Below are positions 26,771-36,163 of a stretch of 64,000 nt of DNA, one piece after another. Both the position numbers and the translations under genes were made by a program. Source of the stretch: Candidatus Heimdallarchaeum aukensis (lineage in GTDB: Archaea > Asgardarchaeota > Heimdallarchaeia > Heimdallarchaeales > Heimdallarchaeaceae); contig CP084166.1 in the NCBI GenBank assembly GCA_021513695.1, positions 64,001-128,000 of the forward strand, read 5' to 3'. Below the pieces are notes generated by a model, which was given only the letters and a program-made list of their open reading frames with translations, ran no database searches and had not been told where the DNA came from. Numbering within the stretch: the first letter of the stretch is position 1; each line of letters opens with the position of its first letter.

Positions 26771-29494
26771 ATGTTTAGGAAGAAGAGAGGAGTTTCTCCT
26801 GTAATTGCAGTTGTTCTGATACTTGGTCTTACCTTAGCTGCAACTGCAATTGTTTTTCTAGTTGTACTTCCAATGGTAAATCAAAGAAATGCTCCTGAGT
26901 TATACATTGATGAGACTTCAGCACCTTTGTTTATGGATTACGATAATGATGGAAAATGTGACTATATAACTGTCCAAGTTGGAAATATCGGTGGGAGTGC
27001 GTTTAATGTTACTAATATAACGATCGTAGCTTCCAAAGATAGTTCGTCCAACTTCTACACTTGGGAGTTAATGGATAATGTAAATGGGACAATAGGTGTA
27101 AATGATCGTGTTCTATTAAAGATGAGGGCTGCTGTAGATGATACTGATGAAATAGATGATGGTTCAAGTCTAATTTTAACACTAATAAATGACCAATATA
27201 TTGTAGGTCTAGAACTTGGGACAATTACTGTTGAACAAGGAGAACCACTATCTATTGAATTTACTGATTCTTCAGGAGATCCTGTTGTTGGTTCTAATAT
27301 TTATTTCTACTATTCCACAGGAGAATTTGCTTACACAGGGGAACCAACATCTGTTAGTGGTGTTTCAAACACTTATCTATTTCCAGGGACTTACTATGCA
27401 AAAGCTCAATCTGGAATGCAATTCTACACCACAGATGTTTTTATTCATCCAGGAACACCCCAATTACATTTAGAGATGTCTGGAGGAACTTTAACTGTTA
27501 AAGTTAAATCAGGTACAACACCTTTAAGTGGTGTAAGAACTTATTTGTATGATACCTATAGCCATTATTTGAATAAATACTCTGATACTAATGTTGATGG
27601 ACTAGCTACTTATTCTCTTGATGATGGAGTGTATAAGATCAGAGCAGATGTTTCTGGAATAGTCTATTATTCAGAAAATATAAACTTCCCAAATACAACT
27701 TATATAGAAATTGACACAGGAGGAGGTACTGTTTATGCTCACGTAATTGATGGAGGAAATAATCCAATAGTCAACACTCGTGTCTATCTTTTCACCTCAA
27801 GTGGAAGCTACACTGGTAAATACGGTAACACCAATGCTACAGGGTATGCTGAATTTGCTGCAGTTTCAGGAGGAACTAATTATAAGTTTAGAGTAGATTA
27901 CTTGGCTTATAGAATCTGGAGTCAAACCTTTGGAGCTTCAGATGGGGCAGTTATTGATGTTAATGTAGGAGGAGGAACAATATATGTCAATGTAACTGAT
28001 GGTGACGGCAATCCAATAAAGAACACTCGTACATATCTCTTTACTTCAAGCGGAAGTTATACTGGTAAATACTCGAATACAAATACAAGTGGAATAGCCA
28101 CTTACAGCTCTATAGCTGCTGGAGATTACAAGATTAGAATTGACTATCTTGCTCAAAGATTCTGGAGCCCAGTTTTCACTGCTTCAAATGGATTAATAGT
28201 TAATGCATCTATAGGAGGAGGAACACTTTATGGAAATATTACTGTGGCTGGAAATGCTTTAGTTAACACTCGTGTTTATCTTTTCACTTCAAGTGGAAGT
28301 TATACCGGTAAATATGGAAATACAAATGCTTCTGGAATAGTAACATTTGTTGGAATAGGCACTTCTAACTATAAGTTAAGGGTAGATTACCAAGCAGATC
28401 GTCATTGGTCAGATGTTTTCTATTTCAATGAAACAATGGTTTATCACTTTGAACTAGGTGGAGGAACAGTTTATGCCAATGTCACTGCTGGAGGGGTACC
28501 AGTTGTCAATACTAGAGTCTATGTATTCACTGATAGCGGAAGTTATACAGGAACTTATGCAAACACTAATGCTTCAGGAATAGCAACATTCAACACATTA
28601 AGCAGTGGAGACTACAAATTCAGAGTTGACTACCTCGCAAAAAGATTCTGGAGTGATGTATTCACTGCCAGTGATGGTTTAGTTGTAGATGTTGATTTAG
28701 GTGGAGGAACAATATATGTCCATTTGACTAATACCTATGGTGTAGATATTGCTAATGTACGTCTCTATCTCTTCACTTCAAGTGGAAGCTACACAGGTAA
28801 GTATACAAACACAAATGCTACGGGTTGGGGAGTTTTTGCAGGAATAGGAGAATCAGACTATAAAGTACGTGCAGACTATCTAGCAAAAAGATACTGGTCA
28901 AACGTATTTACTGCAACCGACGGATTAAATGTAGATTTCAATATAGGTGGAGGAATAGTTTGGTTACATGTGTTTGACGGAAGTGGGACAAATATAAGCG
29001 GACCAAGAGCTTATCTCTTTACTGAGAGCGGAAGTTATACTGGAATCTACAGAAACCTGGATGCTAATGGATATCTGAACTTTACTGGAATAGGTGATGG
29101 TAACTTCAAATGGAGAGTCGACTATCTTGCAAAAAGATTCTGGTCTGATGTTTTCTCTGCGACAAACGGTACAACTTTAGAATTCAACATCGGTGGAGGA
29201 ACAATATACGTTCATCTAACAGTTAATGGTGCTGATGTTAATAACGGAAGAATATACTTGTTTACAGATACTGGTAGTTATACTGGAAAATATGCAAATA
29301 CAAACTCTACAGGTTGGGCAGTGTTCTATGGAATTGGAGCAGGAGATTATAAGTTGAGATATGATTATGATGGAACACGTTATTGGAAGAATTTCTCCGC
29401 AGATGCAGATTTACAGGTAGGGTTTGCTATTGTAACCACAATGACCCTTTCTGTATTAACAGTTCAACCTTCTAAGTCAAAAGAAAATTATTAA
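26771..29494 (+). CDS. Archaeal class-III (type IV pilin-like) signal peptide protein, followed by about nine tandem ~82-aa CarboxypepD_reg/transthyretin-like repeats.
   Basis: N-terminus: MFRKKRGVSPVIAVVLILGLTLAATAIVFLVVLP. Repeats follow the pattern GGGTIYVxVTDGxGNPIxNTRVYLFTSSGSYTGKYxNTNATGxAxFxxIxxGDYKxRVDYLAKRFWSDVFTASDGLxVDVNx. The start lies 1 nt after the stop of the upstream Ig-like gene. Confidence 0.7.
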   Translation: MFRKKRGVSPVIAVVLILGLTLAATAIVFLVVLPMVNQRNAPELYIDETSAPLFMDYDNDGKCDYITVQVGNIGGSAFNVTNITIVASKDSSSNFYTWELMDNVNGTIGVNDRVLLKMRAAVDDTDEIDDGSSLILTLINDQYIVGLELGTITVEQGEPLSIEFTDSSGDPVVGSNIYFYYSTGEFAYTGEPTSVSGVSNTYLFPGTYYAKAQSGMQFYTTDVFIHPGTPQLHLEMSGGTLTVKVKSGTTPLSGVRTYLYDTYSHYLNKYSDTNVDGLATYSLDDGVYKIRADVSGIVYYSENINFPNTTYIEIDTGGGTVYAHVIDGGNNPIVNTRVYLFTSSGSYTGKYGNTNATGYAEFAAVSGGTNYKFRVDYLAYRIWSQTFGASDGAVIDVNVGGGTIYVNVTDGDGNPIKNTRTYLFTSSGSYTGKYSNTNTSGIATYSSIAAGDYKIRIDYLAQRFWSPVFTASNGLIVNASIGGGTLYGNITVAGNALVNTRVYLFTSSGSYTGKYGNTNASGIVTFVGIGTSNYKLRVDYQADRHWSDVFYFNETMVYHFELGGGTVYANVTAGGVPVVNTRVYVFTDSGSYTGTYANTNASGIATFNTLSSGDYKFRVDYLAKRFWSDVFTASDGLVVDVDLGGGTIYVHLTNTYGVDIANVRLYLFTSSGSYTGKYTNTNATGWGVFAGIGESDYKVRADYLAKRYWSNVFTATDGLNVDFNIGGGIVWLHVFDGSGTNISGPRAYLFTESGSYTGIYRNLDANGYLNFTGIGDGNFKWRVDYLAKRFWSDVFSATNGTTLEFNIGGGTIYVHLTVNGADVNNGRIYLFTDTGSYTGKYANTNSTGWAVFYGIGAGDYKLRYDYDGTRYWKNFSADADLQVGFAIVTTMTLSVLTVQPSKSKENY
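27476..29441 (+). repeat. Diverged coding tandem repeat of about 246 bp (about 9 units) within the 26771 gene.
   Basis: The GGGT...NTRVYLFTSSGSYTGKY...DYLAKRFWSDVF blocks are visible at both protein and nucleotide level (e.g. ggaggaggaacaatatatgt recurs). Confidence 0.7.
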
Positions 29495-29570
29495 TTATCT
29501 CTTTCTTTTTTCTTTTTTCCTTTTGCAATTCTATTTATAAGAAATTGTTTGTTATAAATTCTCTTAAAAA

Positions 29571-30638
29571 TTAATTTTTGTTTTTGATTTCGTTTACTCT
29601 TCTATAGGGGTAAATAGGTATTTCTTCTAAACAGTTAGGACATTTTAAATCTACTGTCATATTGGTATAAGTTACTGACATTAGATCTCTCTTTACTAAA
29701 AGTTCAGAGCAAATAGGACAAAAAGTATTCTGTAGAGGATGACCAGGAACATTTCCGAGATAAACATACTTCAATCCTTCATTTTTTGCAATAGAATGAA
29801 CTTTTTGAAGAGTATCTATTGGAGTTGCAGGTATTTCAAACAAATAATGTGGAAAATATCTAATAAAATGAACTGGTGTATAAATTGAAAGATTTTGTTT
29901 TATTTTTTCTACAAATTCTATAATTTGTTCTTCTTCATCGTTAAATTCTGGAATAACTAGATATACAATCTCTATATGGACGCCAGATTGATAGGCTGAT
30001 TTAACATTTTTCCAGATTTTTTCAAATTTAACATCAAGATTATGTTCTATTTTTTCACTAATTCCCTTAAAAGAGACCGTCATTCCGTTCATTCCAGCAT
30101 CTATGAGTAAATCTAAAGCATAAGGTGACATATATCCATTTGTCACATAGTGTTTGTAATAGGTAGGATCAATATTCTTGAAAACATCAACAGTATATTC
30201 TAATGAGAGCGTAGGCTCATTGAAAGAAAAAGAAATTCCTTGAATACTAGGGTTTGTTCTAATAGTTTCAATGACTCTCTCAATAGAAAGAAGACTAGAA
30301 TTAAGAAAATCTTGCGGAGGAGGACGTTTTGAAATTTCAAAATTCTGGCAAAATTCACAAGGAAAATTACATCCCCAAGAACCAAGAGTAAGAGCTGTGG
30401 ACGTTGGATAGTAATGATAAGCAGGTTTTTTTTCTATTGGATTTAAGTTATAGCTTGAAATATCTGAATATTCAATACTATATAGCTTTCCTTCATAATT
30501 TGCTCTTACCTTGCAGTAACCTAGTTCTCCTTTTTCTATAATGCAAAATCTGTTACAAGTTAGACACTGTACTTTAGAATCATCGAGTTTTTTGTATAAG
30601 TAAGCTTCTTTAATTCTTGGGTCAGTCATAGAGTTCAT
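29571..30638 (-). CDS. Radical SAM enzyme of the PflA-like / AmmeMemoRadiSam-system type.
   Basis: It has the CxxxCxxC cluster GCNFPCEFCQNFEIS, an extra N-terminal Cys cluster CLTCNRFCIIEKGELGYCKVR, and the IEKKPAYHYYP block characteristic of this family. Confidence 0.7.
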   Translation of the reverse strand: MNSMTDPRIKEAYLYKKLDDSKVQCLTCNRFCIIEKGELGYCKVRANYEGKLYSIEYSDISSYNLNPIEKKPAYHYYPTSTALTLGSWGCNFPCEFCQNFEISKRPPPQDFLNSSLLSIERVIETIRTNPSIQGISFSFNEPTLSLEYTVDVFKNIDPTYYKHYVTNGYMSPYALDLLIDAGMNGMTVSFKGISEKIEHNLDVKFEKIWKNVKSAYQSGVHIEIVYLVIPEFNDEEEQIIEFVEKIKQNLSIYTPVHFIRYFPHYLFEIPATPIDTLQKVHSIAKNEGLKYVYLGNVPGHPLQNTFCPICSELLVKRDLMSVTYTNMTVDLKCPNCLEEIPIYPYRRVNEIKNKN

Positions 30639-30786
30639 TCAAATAAACAGTAAAGAAAAATGATATTTAAATCAATTGTTCAACTTTGTTTTCTAAAAAA
30701 TCCATTAACTTTTTCTTTATAGAAAGAAGTAAAAACAGCAAGCTCTATTCTGAGTAACAAAAGAAAAAAAGTGTTAATTAGTAAGA

Positions 30787-31404
30787 TTATCTGGCTTTTC
30801 TAATCATTCCCCATACTTGAACATTTGAATTAGGAATCTTTTCAGAAATAGCAACCTCGAAACCAAAATGCTCGTAGAGTGAAATGTTTTCCTCGTTTTC
30901 TGTTTCTAAATAACAAATCTCCTTTTGGGAATCAAAGAAATCTAATGCAGGTCTTAGCAACTTTGAAGCGAATCCTTTGTTCTGGTGCGGAGGATCTACA
31001 GCAATTGAATTTAAATACCAGTGTGGACTATCTATTGCTCTTTCATGTATTTCATCAATAAACTTTTGCATTTTCATTGGTTTTCTCCAATTCATAATAA
31101 AAGGGATGATATATCCTTTACTCTTTAATAAAGCCAAAATGTTGTCTTTCTCTTTTTTTGGAGGAGTTAGAACCATTAAACCTTCAATTTTTTTGGATGT
31201 AGCCACAATATAACCATAATTCATCGCGTAATTTAAGCTGACGTAAAACATGTAGTACATTTTTTTTCTTTTTTTAATGTTAGGAAATAGGTACTTAAAT
31301 AAAGGATCTTCAAAAAAAGCCCTTGTTAGAACGGTACAAGCTTTTTTAATATCTTTTTTTTTGACCGTGTATAGAGAGTCAAAAAATAATGAATTATTTT
31401 TCAT
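30787..31404 (-). CDS. GNAT-family N-acetyltransferase.
   Basis: It has the acetyl-CoA binding motif IAVDPPHQNKGFASKLLRPALD (Q/RxxGxG/A). Confidence 0.75.
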   Translation of the reverse strand: MKNNSLFFDSLYTVKKKDIKKACTVLTRAFFEDPLFKYLFPNIKKRKKMYYMFYVSLNYAMNYGYIVATSKKIEGLMVLTPPKKEKDNILALLKSKGYIIPFIMNWRKPMKMQKFIDEIHERAIDSPHWYLNSIAVDPPHQNKGFASKLLRPALDFFDSQKEICYLETENEENISLYEHFGFEVAISEKIPNSNVQVWGMIRKAR

Positions 31405-31488
31405 TAATTTAATTTCTCTTCTTAAAATAATAAACTGTTCCTTGAAATGAAATTATTTAAATCAAAAATAAAAAAAAGAAAAGTGTTA

Positions 31489-32976
31489 TTAGTTCAGATA
31501 GAAGTAAGCACCTGTGTTTCCGTCAAATTGTTGGGGTGTGTCTCCACCGCTGTAAGGATAAGCGTTGAGGGCATAGTTGAATATTGTTTCTAATGCTGTA
31601 GAAGAAGATCCTCCGTAGTAGTTAATCCAGGAGTATTCCAAGAAGTAATATGTCCATGCTCCATTTTGATGTGTAGAATCATCATATCCATAACCGTTTT
31701 CTGTACAAGTTGTTGTTAAGTAAACGTTGCTTTTATTGGGCATGTTCATTAAGTTATCTCCAAAACCGCCACTGAAACAATGATCCAAGAAAACGAATAT
31801 TTTCTCAGCTACTGCATCATCTAGTATTACAGCTAGTTCGGTATCATAAAGGCTACCATCTTCTCCGTTTTCTCCAGAGTTGCAGTCCCACATGCATAAG
31901 TAAGAGCTTCCAGAACCATCTCCAGAACCATGTCCTGAGCTTATGTAAGCAATAACATCATCTGCATCAGCGGTGCCAACTAGCCAGTTTAGAGCTTGTT
32001 TGACATTGTATTCTGTAGCTAAACCTGTGTAAATTGGGTAGTTACCAGAATTTGTGTCTCCATAAATTCTTATGTTAGAAGATGACCAACCTAATGTTCC
32101 AGTAAGGAAGTTATACCAATCTGTTGCATCTTCGTCACAGTAGGAGAGGTCACTAATTACTTCATAATCACTAATTCCAACGATAACAGCATAGTAATTG
32201 GTTACACCATCACCAGTACTTCCTCCACTACTATATTCCACTGTAACGGTTAGATCGTAAGCACCTGAACCACTGTATGAATGGACCATTATGTACCATC
32301 TTCCTTCTCCTGGATCATCATAGGTTACATCTTCTCCTCCGTAAGTATATCCTCTCCAATCGTAAGTACTAGTAGTTGGTTCGGCGCCCAGTCTTCCATA
32401 TAGATCATAATCGGATGAACCACAAGTTAAAACTGAACGCATGCTAATTGCATTAGCCGCAACATCAATGTACCACATTTCACTGTCTCCAGTGGCACTT
32501 AAGCTGCTTGTAACAGTTTGTCCATTACTTAGAGCTCCGCCAGTACTTCCTCCGCTACCACCTTCATATTCAATAAGGTCAATCTTGAAACCCCATTTTG
32601 TAACAGAGTAATCTGTAACTAGCCTGATTTTAATTGTGTCACCATTAGAAGCTGCAGTCCATCCTCCACTTGAATAGGTTCCTGTTAATCTGTGTAAAGT
32701 ATTTCCAGCATAGTCATAGACGTACAAATAATCATAATTTGTCTCTACTTCTATGTACGTAAAATGAACTTTTATACTGGTTGCACCAGGTTTAGTAATA
32801 GTCCAAGTGTAATCGAAGTTATTGCTGTAGGGATGACTACTCTCAAGAATATAAGTTTCTTGAGTTGCCCTTGCATTGTTATCCATTAATTGATTTTCTG
32901 CATTTGTCACTGTAGGTAAAACCATTACCAATAGTGACACAATTATTGCTCCAATAACTAATTTTTTATTTATCAT
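31489..32976 (-). CDS. Secreted clan-CD cysteine peptidase (legumain/caspase-like, C13/C14-type His-Cys dyad) with an N-terminal CUB-like domain and a PPC-like domain.
   Basis: The signal peptide is MINKKLVIGAIIVSLLVMVLPTVTNA. The CUB-like block is SSHPYSNNFDYTWTITKPGATSIKVHFTYIEVETNYDYLYVYDYAGN...GFKIDLIEY. A PPC-like beta-sandwich follows. The catalytic region has YAVIVGISDY, AYISSGHGSG (His) and FVFLDHCFSGGF (Cys, compare the legumain D-A-C-E-S-G motif). Confidence 0.5.
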   Translation of the reverse strand: MINKKLVIGAIIVSLLVMVLPTVTNAENQLMDNNARATQETYILESSHPYSNNFDYTWTITKPGATSIKVHFTYIEVETNYDYLYVYDYAGNTLHRLTGTYSSGGWTAASNGDTIKIRLVTDYSVTKWGFKIDLIEYEGGSGGSTGGALSNGQTVTSSLSATGDSEMWYIDVAANAISMRSVLTCGSSDYDLYGRLGAEPTTSTYDWRGYTYGGEDVTYDDPGEGRWYIMVHSYSGSGAYDLTVTVEYSSGGSTGDGVTNYYAVIVGISDYEVISDLSYCDEDATDWYNFLTGTLGWSSSNIRIYGDTNSGNYPIYTGLATEYNVKQALNWLVGTADADDVIAYISSGHGSGDGSGSSYLCMWDCNSGENGEDGSLYDTELAVILDDAVAEKIFVFLDHCFSGGFGDNLMNMPNKSNVYLTTTCTENGYGYDDSTHQNGAWTYYFLEYSWINYYGGSSSTALETIFNYALNAYPYSGGDTPQQFDGNTGAYFYLN

Positions 32977-33000
32977 TTTAATCCATTTTCTCGCTTTCTA

Positions 33001-33024
33001 ACTGTTGAGTTTTCACTCAGCAGT
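33001..33024. promoter_or_regulatory. 10-bp inverted repeat ACTGTTGAGT-tttc-ACTCAGCAGT, followed by two copies of the direct repeat TTTTTTCACAT(A/T)T(T/A)AA, in the divergent intergenic region.
   Basis: The palindrome lies 25 bp upstream of the start of the minus-strand peptidase gene. The direct repeats lie at about 33042-33062 and 33080-33098. Confidence 0.3.
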
Positions 33025-33218
33025 CAATGCATTTTTTTTCACATATTTAAACTTATTTTGGAATTAATTGCATTAATCTTTTTTCACATTAAATTTGCGT
33101 TTTATGGCTTGAAATGATGATTCAAGTATCGTTTTCTTTTGCATTACATAAAGGAAGTAACGAAAAATGTTTTTTAAGAAAAAAATATAAACAAGCTACA
33201 TTTGAGTGAAATAGAAAA

Positions 33219-34013
33219 ATGAAAATTAAAGATAAAGTTGTTTTGATAACAGGAGGAACAAAAGGAATAGGTAAAGTAACCGCTGACTTACTTTCTTCTA
33301 AAGGGATGAAGGTTTATGTAACAACTAGAAAAGAGGAAAATGTTAAAGATAATATCCTTTTATTAGATGTTACAAATGAGGAGTTAGTAAATCAATGTGT
33401 TAATGAGGTTATTAAAAGAGAAGGAAGAATTGATGTTCTAGTTAATAATGCTGCATATGGTTTATGTGGCCCTATTGTTGATTCTACAACAGAAGAAATT
33501 AAGGAATTATTTGATACTAATTTCTTTGGTCCTCATCGTATGATAGAAGCAGTTTATCCTATAATGAAAAAACAAGGATATGGTAAAATAATTAATGTTA
33601 GCTCCTATGCTGGGCGATTAGCAGTACCTTTTCAAGGTGTTTATAGTGCAGCTAAAGCTGCTTTATCCATCTATTCAGATTCTTTACGTATGGAAATTGT
33701 AAGCGATGGAATAGATGTTTGTACAATAGAACCAGGGGATACAAAAACTGACTTTCATTCAAGTAGAACATACACAAAAGGTTTTGAAAATAATGAGAAT
33801 GCAAAACGCGCAATAGAGAAAATGCACAGAGATGAACAATCTGGGTCGAATCCTAAAGCTGTTGCAAAGAAAATACTAAAGGCAATTAAATCTCGGAGAT
33901 CTAATCCTAGATATATTGTAGGGTTACAAGTAATATTAGTAACAGTAGTTAGGCATATTTTTCCTAGAAAATTCCAACAATTTCTACTTCGGAAATATTA
34001 TGGTTTGAAGTAA
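33219..34013 (+). CDS. Short-chain dehydrogenase/reductase (SDR).
   Basis: TGGTKGIGK is the Rossmann TGxxxGIG motif. NNAAYG is present, and YSAAKAAL is the YxxxK catalytic motif. Confidence 0.85.
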   Translation: MKIKDKVVLITGGTKGIGKVTADLLSSKGMKVYVTTRKEENVKDNILLLDVTNEELVNQCVNEVIKREGRIDVLVNNAAYGLCGPIVDSTTEEIKELFDTNFFGPHRMIEAVYPIMKKQGYGKIINVSSYAGRLAVPFQGVYSAAKAALSIYSDSLRMEIVSDGIDVCTIEPGDTKTDFHSSRTYTKGFENNENAKRAIEKMHRDEQSGSNPKAVAKKILKAIKSRRSNPRYIVGLQVILVTVVRHIFPRKFQQFLLRKYYGLK

Positions 34014-34028
34014 AAAAAAGAAAAGTAG

Positions 34029-35993
34029 TTAATTTCTTATTTTTATTTCTCTCTTAAACATTAAAGGTAATATTTGAGAAGTTTTCTCTTTTTCTTCTTC
34101 TGCTTTCTTAATTTGATGTTCATAGAGCATTTCTTCATCGTATTTTTTGTAATGCATATTAATGTTAGATTCAGTTATAGAGAAATGATTTTTCATTTTT
34201 GTTGCAAATACTTCTTTAATTTCCTTATTTTTATCTTTCATAATTGAAAGATTTGGGTTAAAGGGAATTAATCTATCATAGTCGTAAGTGGGTAATATAG
34301 CTTTACTGTTAGCCATGAATATAGTGTTGTTTGCAACATAGGTTGTAGTATTCTTCCATAGGGGTTCTCCTGTATTAGGATTAGGCTCGAATTTTGGGTA
34401 ATTAGAACTTGAAATATCCAGTCTTATTTTATGACCTGGAGTAAAAACATATGCAGTAGAATCTAATGTAATGTTTAATATGTATCTTTTTCCTGGTTCA
34501 AGAAGATCCCATGTTGAGTATGAATCTCTATTTCTAGCTCTAATGATTGTATCAGTAATAAGCATAGAAGTGTTGTCAGGGAAAACATCCGTTAGTTTTA
34601 CTGAAAAATCTGTATCTGTACAATTTGAAGATATCTCCAACATTACTTTAATTTGTCCTATAACAGTAATAGGTTCAGTAAGAGTTTCTGAAGTAAAAGT
34701 GAGTACGTCATCTCTTTTTTCTAATTCACTTTGATCATAAGTTCCTGCTTTTAGAGCAAGATTCCCTCCTCCTTCTGTAGGAACGGGGTTTAATGGGTTG
34801 TATAAATATGAAATAGCACTGTCTATATTTACTTCCTGTGCTAGACTTAAACTCATATTACTGTTGAAAAACAATGTTTTCTCTTCTGTTTCTAAAGGCC
34901 AATGATTAGAAGAATACCAATTATTACCAAGTTTATTATTGTTATAAGGGAGAGAACTCATGAGATAAAAAATAACATTAGGTAAATTGTCCCACCTAGT
35001 GCCATTATCCTTGAGCCACTTCTCGAAAACTATATCTCCTAACTCAACTAACATTCCTGCATTCTGGTTAGGATAAATATATGGTATCCCCTTATATTCT
35101 CCAGAAGGTAAAGCTCCAAAACCGCCAACATGAGTCCATGGCCCCATAATTAATTTTGAATTACCTGCTGCTCCTTCTCCTCCTTGTGTTTGATATCCTA
35201 CAAAGGCGTCAATAGTGTTCTGTGTGAATATATCATACCAACCACCTATATGCATAGCTGGAACATGTATGTCTTTGTAATTGTTAACTATTCTAACAGG
35301 ATCCCATCTATCGTCTAGTTTTTCCATATCTACAAAACTGTTTATTTCTTCAATTGTATAACCTTGAGCTACCATCCAAGGAACCATTAATTCTGATCTT
35401 AATACTCCACCTCTGAAAGCTGCTTCATAGACATCTGGTGTTCCTACAATTGGTACTTGACATTTTAATTCTTCTGAAGCATTAGGAGCTAGAAGATATT
35501 GGGCAATAGCTAAAGCTGACGGACCCCAAGTTCCAATTTTTCCATTACACCAAGGTTGAGCACTGATCCATTCTAAACTTCTTTTTCCATCAACACTCTC
35601 GGTAAAAAAGGGCATAGATTTTTCTCCTTCAGAAGCAAAGTAACCTCTAAAATCCTGAATTACAATTGCATAACCTTCTTCAGTATAAGTACTAAAGATT
35701 TCAAGTTCGTTCTTATTATATGGTGTTCTGATGAAAATTACTGGTAGTGAAGAATTAATGTTCTTTGGAATATATAAATCAGTAGCAAGCTTTACTCCAT
35801 CATCCATTTTTACAAAATATGTTATCTTGTAGCTATTTCCATGAATACTTGCGTTTAAGGGTATAGTCCAATTAAATTCTCTTGAAATCCTGTTATTATT
35901 TAGTAAAATAACCGTATAAATTCCAGTTAGCAATGAAAATCCTATGATACCTATTAATATGAAAGAATGGATATATTTTTTCATTTTTTTCAC
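34029..35993 (-). CDS. CocE/NonD-family hydrolase (X-Pro dipeptidyl-peptidase S15-like) with an N-terminal TM anchor.
   Basis: MDDGVKLATDLYIPKNINSSLPVIFIRTPYNKN matches the family N-terminal block DGv.L.adiy.P...pvPvil.rtPY.k. The nucleophile region is GTWGPSALA, followed by a C-terminal beta-sandwich. Confidence 0.7.
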   Translation of the reverse strand: MKKMKKYIHSFILIGIIGFSLLTGIYTVILLNNNRISREFNWTIPLNASIHGNSYKITYFVKMDDGVKLATDLYIPKNINSSLPVIFIRTPYNKNELEIFSTYTEEGYAIVIQDFRGYFASEGEKSMPFFTESVDGKRSLEWISAQPWCNGKIGTWGPSALAIAQYLLAPNASEELKCQVPIVGTPDVYEAAFRGGVLRSELMVPWMVAQGYTIEEINSFVDMEKLDDRWDPVRIVNNYKDIHVPAMHIGGWYDIFTQNTIDAFVGYQTQGGEGAAGNSKLIMGPWTHVGGFGALPSGEYKGIPYIYPNQNAGMLVELGDIVFEKWLKDNGTRWDNLPNVIFYLMSSLPYNNNKLGNNWYSSNHWPLETEEKTLFFNSNMSLSLAQEVNIDSAISYLYNPLNPVPTEGGGNLALKAGTYDQSELEKRDDVLTFTSETLTEPITVIGQIKVMLEISSNCTDTDFSVKLTDVFPDNTSMLITDTIIRARNRDSYSTWDLLEPGKRYILNITLDSTAYVFTPGHKIRLDISSSNYPKFEPNPNTGEPLWKNTTTYVANNTIFMANSKAILPTYDYDRLIPFNPNLSIMKDKNKEIKEVFATKMKNHFSITESNINMHYKKYDEEMLYEHQIKKAEEEKEKTSQILPLMFKREIKIRN

Positions 35994-36163
35994 GTGATCT
36001 TGATTATAGTAGATAATTAAATTTTAATCTTAATTAGTTTTGTTGTTTGAATTTGCAGTTTAATGAAAATCTAAGTTAATAACAGCATTTATAACTTTCC
36101 TTCTTCTTGCTAATTATCGGATTCTCAATTTTTCGTTACAAAAAAAATATAAATGTATGAAGT

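Noticed and set aside
27476-29441. Regularly spaced ~246-bp repeats, considered as a possible CRISPR or minisatellite array.
   Set aside because: The units are long, diverged and in-frame within a single ORF, encoding ~82-aa beta-sandwich domains. There are no short identical direct repeats with unique spacers.
30879-31213. Plus-strand ORFs 30879..31061 and 30977..31213.
   Set aside because: They lie entirely antisense within the GNAT gene (30787..31404, minus), which has a clear acetyl-CoA binding motif.
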